Shown here: one piece after another, positions 37,001-50,670 of the stretch
Layout: each line of letters starts with the position of its first letter
How positions within the stretch are numbered: position 1 is the stretch's first letter
Assembly (NCBI RefSeq): GCF_002113885.1
Contig: NW_018406231.1
Span: forward strand, 850,211 to 914,210
Direction of reading: 5' to 3'
DNA length: 64,000 nt
Source of the DNA: Mizuhopecten yessoensis
Taxonomy: Eukaryota
Notes under the pieces: generated by a model
Databases searched by the model: none
What the model was told of the DNA's origin: nothing
The model's input: only the letters and a program-made list of their open reading frames with translations
Translations under genes and position numbers: made by a program

Positions 37001-38528
37001 TTAATGTATCTAGTCAAACAAGTAATCCGCTGTTACTGTATCTAGTCAAACAAGTAATCCTACGTTAATGTATCTAATCAAACAAGCAATCCTACGTTAA
37101 TGTACCTAGTCAAACAAGTAATCCGCCGTTACTGTATCTAGTCAAACAAGTAATCCGCGGTTACTGTATCCAGTCAAACAAGTAATCCGCGGTTAATGTA
37201 TCTAGTCAAGCAAGTAATCCTACGTTAAGGGATCTAATCAAACAAGCAATCCTAAGTTAATGTACCTAGTCAGACAAGTAATCCGCCGTTACTGTCTCTA
37301 GTCAAACAAGTAACCCTACGTTAATGTATCTAGTCAAACAAGTAATCCGCGGTTACTGTATCTAGTCAAACAAGTAATCCTACGTTAATGTATCTAGTCA
37401 AACAAGTAATCTTACGTTAATGTATCTAATCAAACAAGTAATCCGCCGTTACTGTATCTAGTCAAACAAGTAACCTACGTTAATGAATCTAGTCAAACAA
37501 GTAATCCTCCGTTACTGTATCTAGTCAAACAAGTAATTAACTGTAGGGGACATCTGAAAATTACTACCATAATGATATTGTGAAGACAACTGTCATGTAA
37601 TATATCTGTATTTGAAGCAGTTTTCCAAAAGGAATAATAATACTTTATATAATCTGTGAAATGATACTGTTCTAACATTTATTTTTGTAAGTCCAAAGGA
37701 CCAGTTAGGTTAGGTGATTCACTAGTCCTTGCGGAGATCATATAGTCTAGGGCCTAGAGGCCTAAGATTAGTGTTAATGTCGAACCCTGGGAACAAAAAA
37801 AGTTAATTAAGAGTTGGACTCAAACTTATTTGTGACGTCATTTTGAAAATACTTTTTCTCATTTATTTGACCTGGTTTTAGATATGCTCATCAGGTGGTA
37901 GCTATATATATAGAGGGCCATGTGTACCTCCGGTAAATATGGATCATCTGATCACTGCTACAACAATAGGGATCAAAAACTGGCGGCTGTCCCTAGCTAC
38001 ATTTCTGACGAAAGAGTACTAGTCAGTAGATATCCCTTTGTGAAGAATGTGAAACTTCTGCCATTTTCAAACAAATTAACAAGTCATACACTTGGGCCAA
38101 GTTGACTTGTTATTGTTTAACAAGAAATTTTCGACCTTCGACGATAAAATCAATATTCAGCCAATATTAAATTTGCCCTTCACATTTACTTGATATGTAT
38201 TTTATGTTGTTTTCAATATTCGCTGTAATGATAAATTCGCCCTCTGTAAAGACAAAAATTCCCAGTACTTATTTAACTTCACACACCAGAAGTACATGTA
38301 CCCCTTCATATCATGTGACTTTTGTTTCGGGAACTTTTTATCTCAGAAAAGACGAATTAAATTTATCTACATGTATTACTTCTTTATTTTTTGAAGGTAT
38401 TGGACAATTATCATCCCATGGAAAAAGCTGCATACCCAAAGTACTTCGCCAAACGAGAGTTAGCAAAACGTGACTATATTTTGTGGTGGGAGAAAACCTA
38501 TGGCAACACAGAGGCAAAAACAAATTAA
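31062..38528 (+). CDS. NDUFB9: NADH dehydrogenase [ubiquinone] 1 beta subcomplex subunit 9 (LYR family), 4 exons, 141 aa
   Basis: Exons 31062-31159, 33475-33614, 36077-36132, 38397-38528. Translation: MSYMKTKAFSHAQLVKTLFKKVVRAHETTCGSRLTLRSGAVHIRAMFDRHKDERDMAKVEKMMEQAERYIHWVVPKRKQYDHCPGGIAHGRYEVSPDMVLDNYHPMEKAAYPKYFAKRELAKRDYILWWEKTYGNTEAKTN. The motifs RAxFxxHKxExDMAK, PGG..xR and LDxxHPxEKAxYPxYFAKRE are diagnostic. Intron 1 is GC-AG. Confidence 0.93.
31796..32215 (+). mobile_element. Complete TRIM (non-autonomous LTR retrotransposon) with tRNA-like sequence in both LTRs, family A
   Basis: LTR1 31796-31953 and LTR2 32052-32215, both TG...CA (tgtggcag...cctgttaca). A 4-bp TSD CTAG is on both sides. 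PBS-like tggtgt.. follows LTR1 and a polypurine tract aaaaaaggggggagaag precedes LTR2. Each LTR has A-box (tagctcagtc..gagc) and B-box (ggtt(t/c)gatcccc) like motifs. Confidence 0.85.
32290..32424 (+). mobile_element. Solo LTR of tRNA-LTR TRIM family B
   Basis: Shares ..gaggtcctgggttcgactcctagcggaggcattgaaaaaataatcgcctctgttaca with the LTRs at 60883-61357. Confidence 0.65.
33138..33265 (-). mobile_element. Solo tRNA-like LTR (family C-related)
   Basis: TG...CA ends; minus strand reads tgtagcgg...tagctcttttggtagagcg...gggtttgaaccc...cctgttaca. Related copies at 57805-57941 and 58542-58646. Confidence 0.6.
33557..34912 (+). repeat. Minisatellite, 64/65-bp unit x ~21, derived from the NDUFB9 exon 2 end and splice donor
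   Basis: Unit aaatgatggagcaagctgaacgttatatacactgggttgtccccaaaaggaaacagtgtaagta; the first copy is the coding exon itself. Confidence 0.95.
36817..37537. repeat. Minisatellite, 32-bp unit x ~22
   Basis: Unit tctagtcaaacaagtaatcctacgttaatgta with a variant ..atccgccgttactgta. Confidence 0.95.
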
Positions 38529-39799
38529 TGGCTATGAATACAATATACAAATAGATTCAAGATTTCAAAATGATTTTGTGAACAAGTGTCGGACAACTGT
38601 TTTAACCAAGACTGACAGTACATGTACAGTGTGTATTATGTATTAACAAAATAAAAAGGTCAATGCATATCCAGTTTTTACAGTTGTATGAACATTGCCT
38701 TGATTTCTGGAGTTACAAATAAATTATTAAAAACAACCTTGTAGAGTTTTAAATATTTTTTTTTACAGAAGTATACAAAAACAACAAAGTACCAACCTCT
38801 CGTACTATTTTCAGTGTTTGGTTTTGTAAACCATATTGAATTAGATTAGATACATCAAAAGTGGAAAGTTGGAATTATTATGTTATGTAAAATAAAATAG
38901 TCCACACATCAGGGTCTATATTCATGAAACTGTTCTCATGCTCAAGCATAGTTTTTGTGCTCAAATCAAATGTCTTGTAACTTGCTTAAATCATGACAAA
39001 CAATCAAAAGACAAATGTAAACATTGAAAACAGTTTTGGCTTTCAATCTCCTCAATGTCTTTCCAAATTATTGACATTATAAGATGTTTTTATTAATATA
39101 TAGTGGGAAATTGAAATTTGGCTCAGCACAAAATCCATGCTTGAGCATGAGAACTGTTTCAAGTATTTGGCAACTACTCAGTAGCGAAGGGGGTGTAAAA
39201 CCAATAGATCAATTAATCAATGCTGCATATTACTTGAATTACTTTTCAAAATATCTGAATCAAGAAAGAAAATTTGCACCTTTTATGCTCAAGGAAGTCA
39301 ACGCTTGGTCAGTTTGTCCAGAATGTTTGACCAGGACATAACCCCAAATTTCAAATTGAGGTCAAGCATCAAATTCCTTGTCTGGACCATAACTTCAATT
39401 TGACTCGCTGAAGATGGCTCAATTGAATTTTAGCGATATATGTCGGATGTATTAAGACGGTGTGGTGCGTACCTCTATTGGGGGTATGCCCAAGGTCTCA
39501 TAAAAGGTCAAATTCACTGCCCAGGCCATAACATCTGATACCTTTGCAAAATGTTATAGACATTTGTAAGAAGGCAAGATGCTGTCTTGTTAAATTCCAA
39601 ATTTATATCAATGTTTGAAAATTAGTTAACAAATTAAAAATTCAAAAATTCACATTTTAAAACTTAAATGACAATTGTTTATTTTACATTTAATTTCAAA
39701 AGTCTCAAAAAACTAAGTAAAATGATCTGAATTGAAAATTTACCTGGTACCTGAATTTTAAAAGTTTTGATTTTTTCCTCCATAATTTGTAGAACAGCT

Positions 39800-39988
39800 T
39801 ATTCCGTTTTTGAATATTGCAGAGTTATCTTCTCTTGAGAGCAGGTATTGATTGTTATGTCATTTGTATATGAGAACAACGTCATCAATTTTTGAGAAAA
39901 CGACGTAATTTTCTCACAAACCAACGACGTAACAATCAATCCCTGCTCACAAGAGAAGATAACTCTGCAATACGCAAAGACGGAATTC
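39800..39988. mobile_element. Palindromic MITE-like element
   Basis: Arms attccgt..tattgcagagttatcttctcttg / caagagaagataactctgcaata..acggaat. Confidence 0.55.
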
Positions 39989-40829
39989 CAAGCATTACAT
40001 GCTGTGTGGATTCTAGTTTATATAGTCTAACAACACTATCAGCCCAAGGAGGTTTAACATTTAGCACTGTTTCTCAGAATGTTGCTGTTGATGGCCAAAG
40101 CAGGGATACGTTAGACGTAAGATTATGTGGATTTCTTGCCCTTATTATGCGTTTCCTTTAATGATCCCCGTCTCACTGTGGTTTTAGTGACCAGTGACCT
40201 CCCCTTAACTTCTGTAGGGCCAGAACACTGTAGGCCAGGTTACAAGTCAAACGATAGTATAATGATCCCAGGTCTAGGGTTCGAATCTCGGTCCAAGAGA
40301 TGTTTTGTCTCGGAACACTGTTGTTGACTACATTTTGTTTATTTCATCTTTTACTTCTCATAAGAGTCCAGCAAGGAAGGAGGAATGATTTGCTTTTCAG
40401 GAATGATTTATCAAACATATTTATGCCTTATAAAAACAGTTTCCAACACTTTTTTACTACACCTTCTTGACCAGGACAAAGTTTTGTTTTCTAGCTTAAG
40501 AGCATTCCTAGTGTTAAGAAATGTTAAGATATCCAGGCCAGACAATATCTATAAGTTTAATACAGACAGTTAACGAGGTCAACAATATATCTCCTGGTGA
40601 TTTCACAATGTCACTTTCTGTTGATCATAATATTCATATAAAAAAAAAAAAATTCAATGTAAATCTTGTTTTCAATACAATTGTGAAGATAAAAATATCT
40701 GAGTTATAAATGTGTTTATTATCATAATAAAACATAGTAAAACCATTCCTGTTGCGTCACAGTAGATTCTTTCCATGTTGTATGAGTTTTATATTTGTCT
40801 GTTGATACATTGTTGAATAAACCATGTTA

Positions 40830-43800
40830 TCATTCATTTTCTATCACCACAAATTTTTTCTGTGTTGTAAGTCTGAGGTCGATGTCCGAGTCATCACTAG
40901 ATGAACATGAGTCACTTGAGTCATTATTATAGGCGCCAACACCTGGTAGAATACCAATAATCCTTGCTCTGTCACACGCTCTATTTAACGTGGGTACTCG
41001 GGAGTCTGCCACAACTGCATCTGCAATGAGAGTACCATTGAGTACATTAATTATGGAAAAAATAGATTTTGCATTCAACCATCGCTGAAGGATCCCTGTC
41101 CCACTGCAAGCTAAACAAGAGGCCCACAGGGCATGCATAGCTCACCTGCATAGTTAAGCAACCACAGGAATATATTTTCATTATATATGATTCAGTAACT
41201 ATTAGCTTTTTCTCTCAGCAACACCCATCCCTCATTTGGTCCCTTCGTTCTGTCCCAATGCAGTGGGGTGGATTTTAAACCTTTACCTCAATTTCCTCCA
41301 AGTGGTCAGTCATTTGAGCTAAAAACCATGAGAATTCCATTGTAGTGTTTCATACATACAGTTATCGCCTCCTTAACTTAATTTTGGGTAAAACTGTTGT
41401 AAATGAACTAGCTAGCACCATGCCAGTGACTATCATTGGTAAGGTGTAGCTCAGCCAGTTCGAGCAACTAGATTCTGATCGGAGGTCCTTGGTCTGAATC
41501 TTGGTCTGGCCCTGTTGCCTTTAATATTGTCATAACATTATGTCGTTTATTTATTTATTTTTTGTTTATTTCATCTTTATTATTTTTCCATCAAAGTATT
41601 GTGTGGCATAATAATACAAATTATAAATAGCCATTAATATAACGCCCCATTCTACTGAAGCTAGCGGTTCTAGAGTGCTATTTTACATAAAGGACATTTA
41701 TTATATGGTGTATGGATTTCTTTACAGAAATGACTTATTGAAGCTATGGTCATGCCTGTAAAAACATTTCTAATTCATATGTTTGGGCAGTGGTACAGGG
41801 ATCCTAAATCAATAATGAAAACTGTCAACATGTGTTAGACTTAGGAGTCAAACAGCTACAGTGTGTGACACAAACAACACGTTCAATGACAGCAGCAAAA
41901 TATCATACCGGTAGTCTCACGGAATGTTTTAAAGACCGTTTATTATGGCCTAGCTAATATGCCTATAAATGTACACTGTATTGAAGTGAGCACATTCAAT
42001 GTTTCACATTTTGCTAGTCCAGAATTGCATTGGTTATGCCTAGCAAAGAGCAACTTCAATTATAGTTTAATAACATGCATCTGCTCTTGGTATTGAATCA
42101 CTAAATATACTATATACTGGGAAAATTCTGCAGCAACTGGGAAAACATGCATTTTACGTATAAAGGGTGACTATTTGACAGGATGAAGTTTCCCGGTATA
42201 CAGTATTACAGAAGGGTAATTACAACATCAAATAAGCATAGGATTTTATTATATACCCACTTCATTTTTCTGCATACTTTTTATGTACATATCAATTTTC
42301 AGGGGACACAATACAAGTTTTCATAGTTCACAATCTGAAAATATTGATGTAAAATCAATTCCATTTGAAAGAACCATCATCTTTTAAAGACTTTTATTTA
42401 TAACCCATTAATTTAACCTGCAATAAAAATGCAGCTGTCTTTATTGGACATCTCAGATTGCACTCGCTATTTAATTATGTAGGTGTAAAATATATACCCT
42501 CCTGACATATTACCCTACACAATAAACTCTTACTGGCTGAGATGATATTACCCTGCACAATAAACTCTTACAGGCTGAGATGATATTATTATGCACAATA
42601 AACTCTTACAGGCTGAGATGATATTATTATGCACAATAAACTCTTACTGGCTGAGATGATATTACCCTGCACAATAAACTCTTCCTGGCTGAGATGGTAT
42701 TACCCTGCACAATAAACTCTTACTGGCTGAGACAATATTACCCTGCACAATAAACTCTTACTGGCTGTGATGCTATTACCCTGCACAATAAACTCTTACT
42801 GGCTGAGACGATATTACCCTGCACAATAAACTCTTACAGGCTGAGATGATATTACCCTGCACACTAAACTCTTATTGGCTGTAATGATATTACCCTGCAC
42901 AATAAACTCTTACTGGCTGTGATGATATTATTATGCACAATAAACTCTTACTGACTGAGACGATATTACCCTGCACAATAAACTCTTACTGGCTGAGACG
43001 ATATTACCCTGCACAAAAAAACTCTTACTGGCTGAGATGATATTACCCTGCACAATAAACTCTTACTGGATGAGATGATATTACCCTCCACAATAAACTC
43101 TTACTGGCTGAGATGATATTACCCTGCACAATAAACTCTTACTGGCTGAGATGATATTACCCTGCACAATAAACTCTTACTGGCTGAGATGATATTACCC
43201 TGCACAATAAACTCTTACTGGCTGAGATGATATTACCCTGCACAATAAACTCTTACTGGCTGAGATGGTATTACCCTGCACAATAAACTCTTACTGGCTG
43301 AGATGATATTACCCTGCACAATAAACTCTTACTGGCTGAGATGATATTACCCTTACTGGCTGAGATGTCTGATGAACACACATGGATGATGTTGCCCTAA
43401 CTTGCCGAAAGATTTTTCCAGCCAACAAAAAGTTCTCTGTCCATTCACCTTTTCCACAATTATTTTATTCTTGTGGCTTCATAATTAATATTTCAAATTG
43501 AATTCAAGAACACTGTAAATGCAAAAATGTTGTTTTTTCAGTTTAACTTTGACTGTGTTGCATTGGTACCTAATTACCATTACTCTTACAGCGTACAGCT
43601 TAATATTAACTATAGAAAAACATGATAAATTACCATCATCAGGCGACAGCTTCCTCTTCTTCCCATCTTCAACAGCATCTGACCTACAGAACAAACTAAA
43701 GTCTTCACACTACTTACATAGTAATTCTGAATACCAGCAAGTCTACTCTCTTGATACTTTTATTAAATCAATTATAAATATCAAGGAACTAAATCTATTT

Positions 43801-46800
43801 TTGGTGACAATCACAAATGACAGACCATGTGTAATTGACCATTTATATACAATATTAACAATGCTATTATTCGGTATAGGGTATACCCATATACATATAA
43901 GATAAACTAAGGTCATATAGACAGTGAATTTGTAGTTCATTAACACTATAAATTAAAACTATTGGTATTAACCTCACACCAATAAACTTAAAAGTGGACT
44001 CAGTTTTAAGACCAGCTTAATTAACTACAAGCCAATTCCACTATCAACACCCTAGGCCTTTTGATTATTAAGATAAAATTATTTTAAAGATTTTGGACCC
44101 ATGTGACCTTAAAAGTGGCTCAAGGTCATTCTTTTGATAAAAGTTTGTAGCCTATCATTCCAACATGAAACTGGTCAAATATCATCACCCTTGGACTTTT
44201 GGTTATTAGGATGTTAAAATATTTCAACACAATTGATCCATGTGACCTTGAAAGCAGGTAAAGGTCATCCATTTGACCACACTTTGTAGCCCTTTATCCC
44301 AGCAGGCTACTTGCCAGATATCATCACCCTTGGCCTTCTGGGTATTAAGAACAAGATGTTTAATTATTTTGACAAATTTGACCACTTTGGGCCAGGTGAG
44401 AAGCATGACCTGACCATTAAAATCATTGAAGTGTCCAGATCAATTAACACTTTCACCCCTGAAATTTAATGATGTACTATTCCAACCTTTGAATTGGAAG
44501 AGTTCAAGTGTGTATTCAGGGGTGAATGAGTTGATGATGTTAAAGTACACTTTACCGTTCAAAGACTAATACATGGCATTCTACTGTAAACACAATCTAC
44601 CAAAGTGTCCAGACTAATAAACTTCAACTAATGTGTTCAGACAGATTTGGTTCTATTGTACTCAAAATCCATCAATGTTTCCAGAGATATTGTGTTACAT
44701 AGTACAATAACATAGATATATTACTATTATAGTAATTGATCGTCCTACGTTATTTAATAAATATAATTGCATTGAATCTTATAATGGAAGTTTTGGCAAT
44801 TAAAGTCTTTAATCTGTTTAGATACTACTCCACATAATGTTGTTTTCAATTTGAACACTTTGTACGAAAACTTTTTAATGAAGATGATCTACATACCCTT
44901 TCCGTTTGACAGCGCCGGCTAAAAGTGTCATCTGAGATTTCTTGTTTTGTGCTGCACCAATTGGAGGTTTGGATGGAACTTTTCTGTCGTCAGACATTTT
45001 TGGATCTGTTACCTTGGTAACGGATGCTTCCTGATCAAGGTTAAGGCTAACACATAGATTCAATATACTACTGTACTGAGGTTCCACAGTACACTGTACT
45101 GATAGCTGGATTTACTTGTGGTTTTCACTAACAATATATTTTCACCTGGAAACTTCAACATACAGTCATAAAATATACTGCAATAATCAGTAAAAAAACC
45201 TCAATATAATGCCTATTATTTCATATGCCAGCTCGCCTACAACCACAACACTTTAAGGTCCCTTTGTCACATTTTTTCAAGAATTCCTTGATACCTTTTC
45301 CTTCAATTGATTATGATATCCCTTTATAATGCCAAGATAAACATTGGCAGTATAACAAGATTTACTTTTTGCAAAGTGTTATAAGTATTTATTTCTTTAT
45401 CCTACATTGATCACAATCATGTTGGTCTCCACCTTTCTCAGATCTGTTAAACAGTGAACAGGAAAATGTGCAAAATGAAATCAGAACCTAGCATCGGTGT
45501 TAGCATATACATGTAACAAGGTTACCTCGAGCGGTATATAATACGCCCGTCACACATTGAATAAGCAGTTGTTTGTATGATTGAAATATATGAAGTATTT
45601 GTGAGTAATTGATATTAAAAGAGAAATCATTCAACATAACTGGTAGATCAATGAGTGCAATACAACATCATGGAACGCATGCATCGCATTAATGAAACCA
45701 AGGGGCATAACTCCAAAAATAACTCGGATAATGGCGGTTATCGAACTTGTCCGAGGTTTCATGGTAATTAACCTTGTTGTGAAGATTGTAGTTAATCCGT
45801 TAATAATTACTCGAGATATATCGAGCGGACACCGTTTCGGCAAGTAAAGGGGCATAACTCCACAAAATATGGTCAGATAATGGCGGTTATCAAACTTGTC
45901 CGAGCTTTCATGGTGATTAACCTTGTTGTGAAGTTTGAAGTTAATCCGTTAATAATTACTTGAGATATCGAGCGGACATCGTTTGCATGCCCGCCCGCTC
46001 GCTCACGTGATAACATAATATGTCCCCGTCTTCGACGGGCGTATAAAAAGGGACTGCAAATAGTCCTCTATCATGATTTTGCTTTAGGTTTCTGCACTTA
46101 ACCACCAAGCTGCAGGGCAACTGGCCGACATTTACTGACCCCACGCTGAGGATGAAGTCCCAGGTCAGTTTCCCCACCCTCCTGTAGTGGACTAGTAGAT
46201 ATGATACTGTACACCGGCAAAACAGTCAAATATTCACCCTTTTCTGATATAATCCATGTTCACCATGTGTTAATTTCGCCCTCCACATGCAATTTTGTAA
46301 TTTCTATATGTTGTATGTTGTGTACTAAAATTTGCTGTCATGGTATATATATTCGCCCTCATTGGGGAGAGCGAAAAAAAGGTGAAAGTTAAATTGTGGC
46401 AAACAATTCCCAGTTTATACAGTTTACTAAATGACCACCGTTACCATTAGTGAAGAAAAACAATCAGAACATTTAAAATTCCCTTCAAACTTCAACATCC
46501 TCAGGCATAAATGTTTTTACTAGTCACAGGATACTTCCATCTCTTTCATGATGTCCTTTTCTTCTTTGTATCTGGCCTTTATGATGTCTATTTGATTCTT
46601 TGACACATACTCCAGAAATCCAGCCTCATCTTCATCTAAACCCTTGACACTGTTCTCTACAAAAAAGCATATCAAATCATGAAACAGCTTTTCTAGAGTT
46701 TCAGTGTACAAACACAGGACTAGGAACAGTTGCCAAGGAAACATAACCTCATACTGTACTTGTCAATTTAAGCCTCGTGGTTCTTAAGAAGAAGTTGTTT

Positions 46801-48403
46801 AAAAAAAAAGTGATGACAAAATGCAACAGACATTGCAATATGCCATATGTTGATAATAATACAGACAGATACAATTGTGGTAGCTGGCACATATGGATGG
46901 GGAGATGCATTAGGGCCGAGGAGTATACTTTTTGTCTTTGTTTTTCAGTTTTACCTGAGAAAAACTTACTCAGTTTGTGTGTTTCCTCATATTCCTCCTG
47001 CTGCCTCATCTTCTGTTCCTGTAGTTTCTCATACAGAGATCTGTTGTCCACCACTTCCTCTGGACATTCTGCAAAGTTAACATAAGAAGTTGGTTAGAAA
47101 AAAACATAGCAGTCACAATTCATCAGTAGTTCAATGTTTTAGGAATTTTGTACATCATTTACAAATTTTTTTCTTTAATTTCAAATTTTGTAACAATTTA
47201 ATTTCAAATGTACATGTCTAATAAAAAAATGTACTAAAATCTTTATTGATTTAATTTGTTACCCGACTCTCTATGTCATATAAAGCAGTTTTGACTGTTT
47301 TCCTCCTAAAATTACTAACCATAATATGCACATTTTTGCTACCATACGACTGATGACTGGTCAAATGTAATACTAGGACTGTTTGACTGGTGATGTGCGA
47401 TGTACATTATGCAATTGAATGAAAGGCATTTTCAAAAATTGTGATGACTCAAACTTTGATGAAGAATGGAAGTGTTTGACTGCTGTAAGGTGTTATAAAT
47501 CTAATTAGGCTAACATGTAACGGTGGGAAATGGTATTGATGACAGTTGATTTGATTGAGGCCCTTTTTTAATTTATTTGTGTTTTAATCTCACTTATTGA
47601 CTTAAAATATATATGTGTGTTTCCCGGGTATCCCAACCTACCCTATATATTTTTTTGCAGACCCTAGAATTTCAGATATTTGTATCTATAAGATTAATTT
47701 ATAAGTCAGACAAAGCTCATAGCACATCTACGTATTAAAGTGTATCACCATGTCAAATTTAAAAAAAAATCCTTTTTTTAGATTTCAGAGGCATTGACCA
47801 TGATCATGACTTACGAACGTTTTGTAATCCCTAGCTATAGAACATCTACACATCACAGTGCGTCACCATGTCAAATGTAAAAAATATGCACAAAATTCGT
47901 GAATATGAAGGTGATTGTGCACTGTGCAGACAGTCATAAAATTGCAAATTTTTGGCATTCAAAGTCCAATAACTCTTAAAAATATTGACGAATTTCAATA
48001 TTGAACCCATACAAGGTCTCGTTGATATGAGGCCACACATAAAATTTGGTGAACACCCAAACACAAATATGCAAGAAATTGTGCCGAAAGTGAAAAAAAA
48101 ATGAAAATTTTATAGTTCAAAGTCATATAACTCAATACGGACAGCAGACAGACAAGCTGATTACTTGATGTGGGGCCCTAATTATTTGCCTACCGACCTA
48201 CCCTATTTCTTCAAGCATGTTACCTGAAACATATTTGTGATTTTTTTAGCCTTAATAATAAATTCACCTAATGGTTGGTCTTCTGTTCTGGTCTTATCCC
48301 ATTCCTCTTGTCGCTTTTTCCTGGCACTGTCAACTTCCTCTTGAGAGACGAATGACATCACGGATACACCCGGAACATTTTTTGATCCACCTCCAGCACT
48401 CAT
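40830..48403 (-). CDS. PSME3IP1: PSME3-interacting protein (FAM192A/NIP30), 6 coding exons
   Basis: Exons 48403-48268, 47068-46970, 46656-46535, 45030-44897, 43683-43634, 41020-40830. Motifs: [70 protein letters not shown], and C-terminal [19 protein letters not shown]. Confidence 0.92.
42508..43367. repeat. Minisatellite, 38-bp unit x ~22
   Basis: Unit atattaccctgcacaataaactcttactggctgagatg. Confidence 0.95.
45515..46049. mobile_element. Helentron/HINE-like element with internal ~150-bp repeats
   Basis: aacaagg start, subTIR atacgcccgtc / gacgggcgtat, hairpin cccgtcttcgacggg, two internal ggggcataactcc units. Confidence 0.7.
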
Positions 48404-48549
48404 CTTCTTTGGAAATCCTTGAAACAGAAAGCAACTTATTGATGGTCAGGATACTTGTATACAATGTATGTAATTTAATATAAAGGCATTTATAAGTAAA
48501 AAGACCTAGCACTGTTTGTATTTCCATAAAAGAAGAGTTTAAATTTTCT

Positions 48550-50005
48550 GGGCCAATTCAGACACTCCGTTTTAGAAATATCGCTCAACACAGGTAAAAG
48601 GAAACCTGTTGGGAAATATGAAAACCAGACACACAGACAACATTTGCATAGGACCACTTCTGAAAGATGGCACTTGACACCACGACAGTCACTCGAGGGC
48701 AGAAATACTCAATACCCAGTTTAGATCTGTGTTAACTGAAGACTGCACTAATGAAACAACATCTGAACTACAAGGTAACAAATACCCACCCAAAAGAACC
48801 ATAGAAGGTGTAGTAAAGCTACTATCTAATCTCCAGATCAATCACCCACATCTTCCAGATCAGCCTGTCTACTGGTCACCTACCATCAGATTGGAGAAGC
48901 GCCTACATCACACCACTCATAAAGAAAGCAAATAACCACAACACTGCAAACTACAGACCTAACTCGCTAACTACAGTGTGCTGAAAACTTCTCGAACACA
49001 TCATAGTGCGATTGAACACATCATAGTGCGACTGAACACATCATAGTGTGACTGAACACATCATAGTGCGACTGAACACATCATTGTGCAACATATCACA
49101 AACGACATGTGACCTCATGAAGAAATTTGGCATGATAATCCAAACTGACATTACTATATATACTGGACTTTCTGTAAATCTTTCGATACTGTCTCCCATA
49201 TCGGTAGTGATGGGCAATCGGTTTAAAATCATAATCGATAATCAGTTTGTAATTGGAAGTAGTAAACCAATCGATGATCGATTGCATAATCGGTTCATAA
49301 TTTTATGGGACTGAATACGTAATTACCCAAATAAAGTGAGAACACTACCATAACATCAATAGACAGAGTTGTTAACTATACACTAGGCTTCTATAATGAA
49401 TGGATTTCAAGCAATTTTTATGTAGCATTATCAATCATATAATAAAATCATAAGAATATATGACTTTCAATTCATTTTTTACATTGAAAACATTAACACT
49501 TTGATTTCAATAAGGAACCGATTATATAGATAATGGAATTTGTAATTAATAATCGGAATCGGAAAGGTCAAACCGATCAATTTTCGATTATAATCGATCA
49601 TGATCATCAGCCCATCACTACATATCAGACTCTTGCATAAATTGGAACATTACGGAATCATAGGTGAAATTCATCAGTTGATAAAAACCTTCCTCACTCA
49701 AAAAGGCATCATAGAATTTGAAGGTGACCATGCATTCTTTAACACAACAGCCTGGGTTGAGTTGGGAGGTCCGCAAGGGACCATACTTGGCCCCCTCATG
49801 TTTCTCTGCTTCATGAACGACCTGCCATATTCTGTGTCATTCACTGTCTATCTCTCTGCAGATGACTGTCTGTTATACAGACAGATGATCAGGACTCACT
49901 CAGATCAAATCACACTCCAGTCAAGGCAGTGCACGTGTGACTTGTTTTCTATGGAACAATTGGCATCAAAGTGGGGAATGCACTTTAATGGCAAGAAGTG
50001 TTAAC
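48550..50005 (+). pseudogene. Degenerate LINE (CR1/L2-like) reverse-transcriptase fragment interrupted by a hAT MITE
   Basis: Frameshifted RT motifs: NYRPxSLT.VC.KLLEHII, LDFxKxFDTVSHIRLLHKLEHYG (joined across the MITE), GPQGTILGPLMFLCFMNDLP, ADDCLLYR, WGMHFNGKKC. Confidence 0.8.
49205..49620. mobile_element. hAT-type MITE nested in the LINE relic
   Basis: TIR tagtgatggg/cccatcacta; 8-bp TSD catatcgg/catatcag; subterminal aatcg repeats. Confidence 0.8.
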
Positions 50006-50349
50006 ACTCACAGTCTAGACAATTTAATTTTACAGCAAATAACCGACAGTCCAGAATTTCAAACACCTGTGAAATAATCCATTTATCGATATATGTTGTG
50101 TCATAGTAGATTTTTGTTGTCACCACCTCAATACCAAACGGTGTTGGAGAATTCCACGTTTTCATATAATATTGCGCTCTGGCCCCACACCAGACATCTA
50201 TCTGTCAAAATGTTTAAATCTGGCCAGAGGCAGAGGAAACTCTGGCTATCCAGCGATTGGATATTTGATATGTTACCATAGAAGTGGCGCATGGTGAAAT
50301 ATGATCGATCTCAAACGAAAATCGTGTCTACTGCATTAAGAAAATGTAT

Positions 50350-50670
50350 ACCTGTTCAATTCTCAACTTGTTCAGTCTTTCTGTACCCTCAATTACGCTA
50401 CAGGTAATTCTCTTACTGCAGGTCCCCCTCTCAATTTTCCTAATCGGTGTCATTTAAATGTTTTAACATTGCTATGTTCAAATGTGTCTGAATGAAACAC
50501 GAGCATGACTGAGAATGGGCGATAACTTTAGTACGCATGCGTGAAGTCGACAAAATATTATTTCGTCGCTTGAATGTTTGATTTTAGTGGTTCTGTAAAA
50601 CAGATGTTTAAGCGTCTAAGAAGAACTAGATGGTGAAAATAACATCAACACTTTATTCCAACACGACATA
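50350..50670. promoter_or_regulatory. Probable bidirectional promoter between PSME3IP1 (5'UTR exon) and RABIF
   Basis: Divergent gene orientation, an NRF1-like palindrome acgcatgcgt at ~50533-50542, a CpG-richer stretch, and a possible minus-strand UTR-exon donor near 50351. Function is inferred. Confidence 0.5.

Noticed and set aside
41021-41138. N-terminal part of the 102-aa ORF as PSME3IP1 coding sequence
   Set aside because: The acceptor at 41103 is out of phase with exon 5, whereas the acceptor at 41020 restores the frame. The upstream part also overlaps a TE end.
2195-43367. Four arrays each having ~21-22 copies as a sign of a counting mechanism
   Set aside because: Other arrays have 7, 12, 16 and 36 copies, so this is compatible with coincidence.
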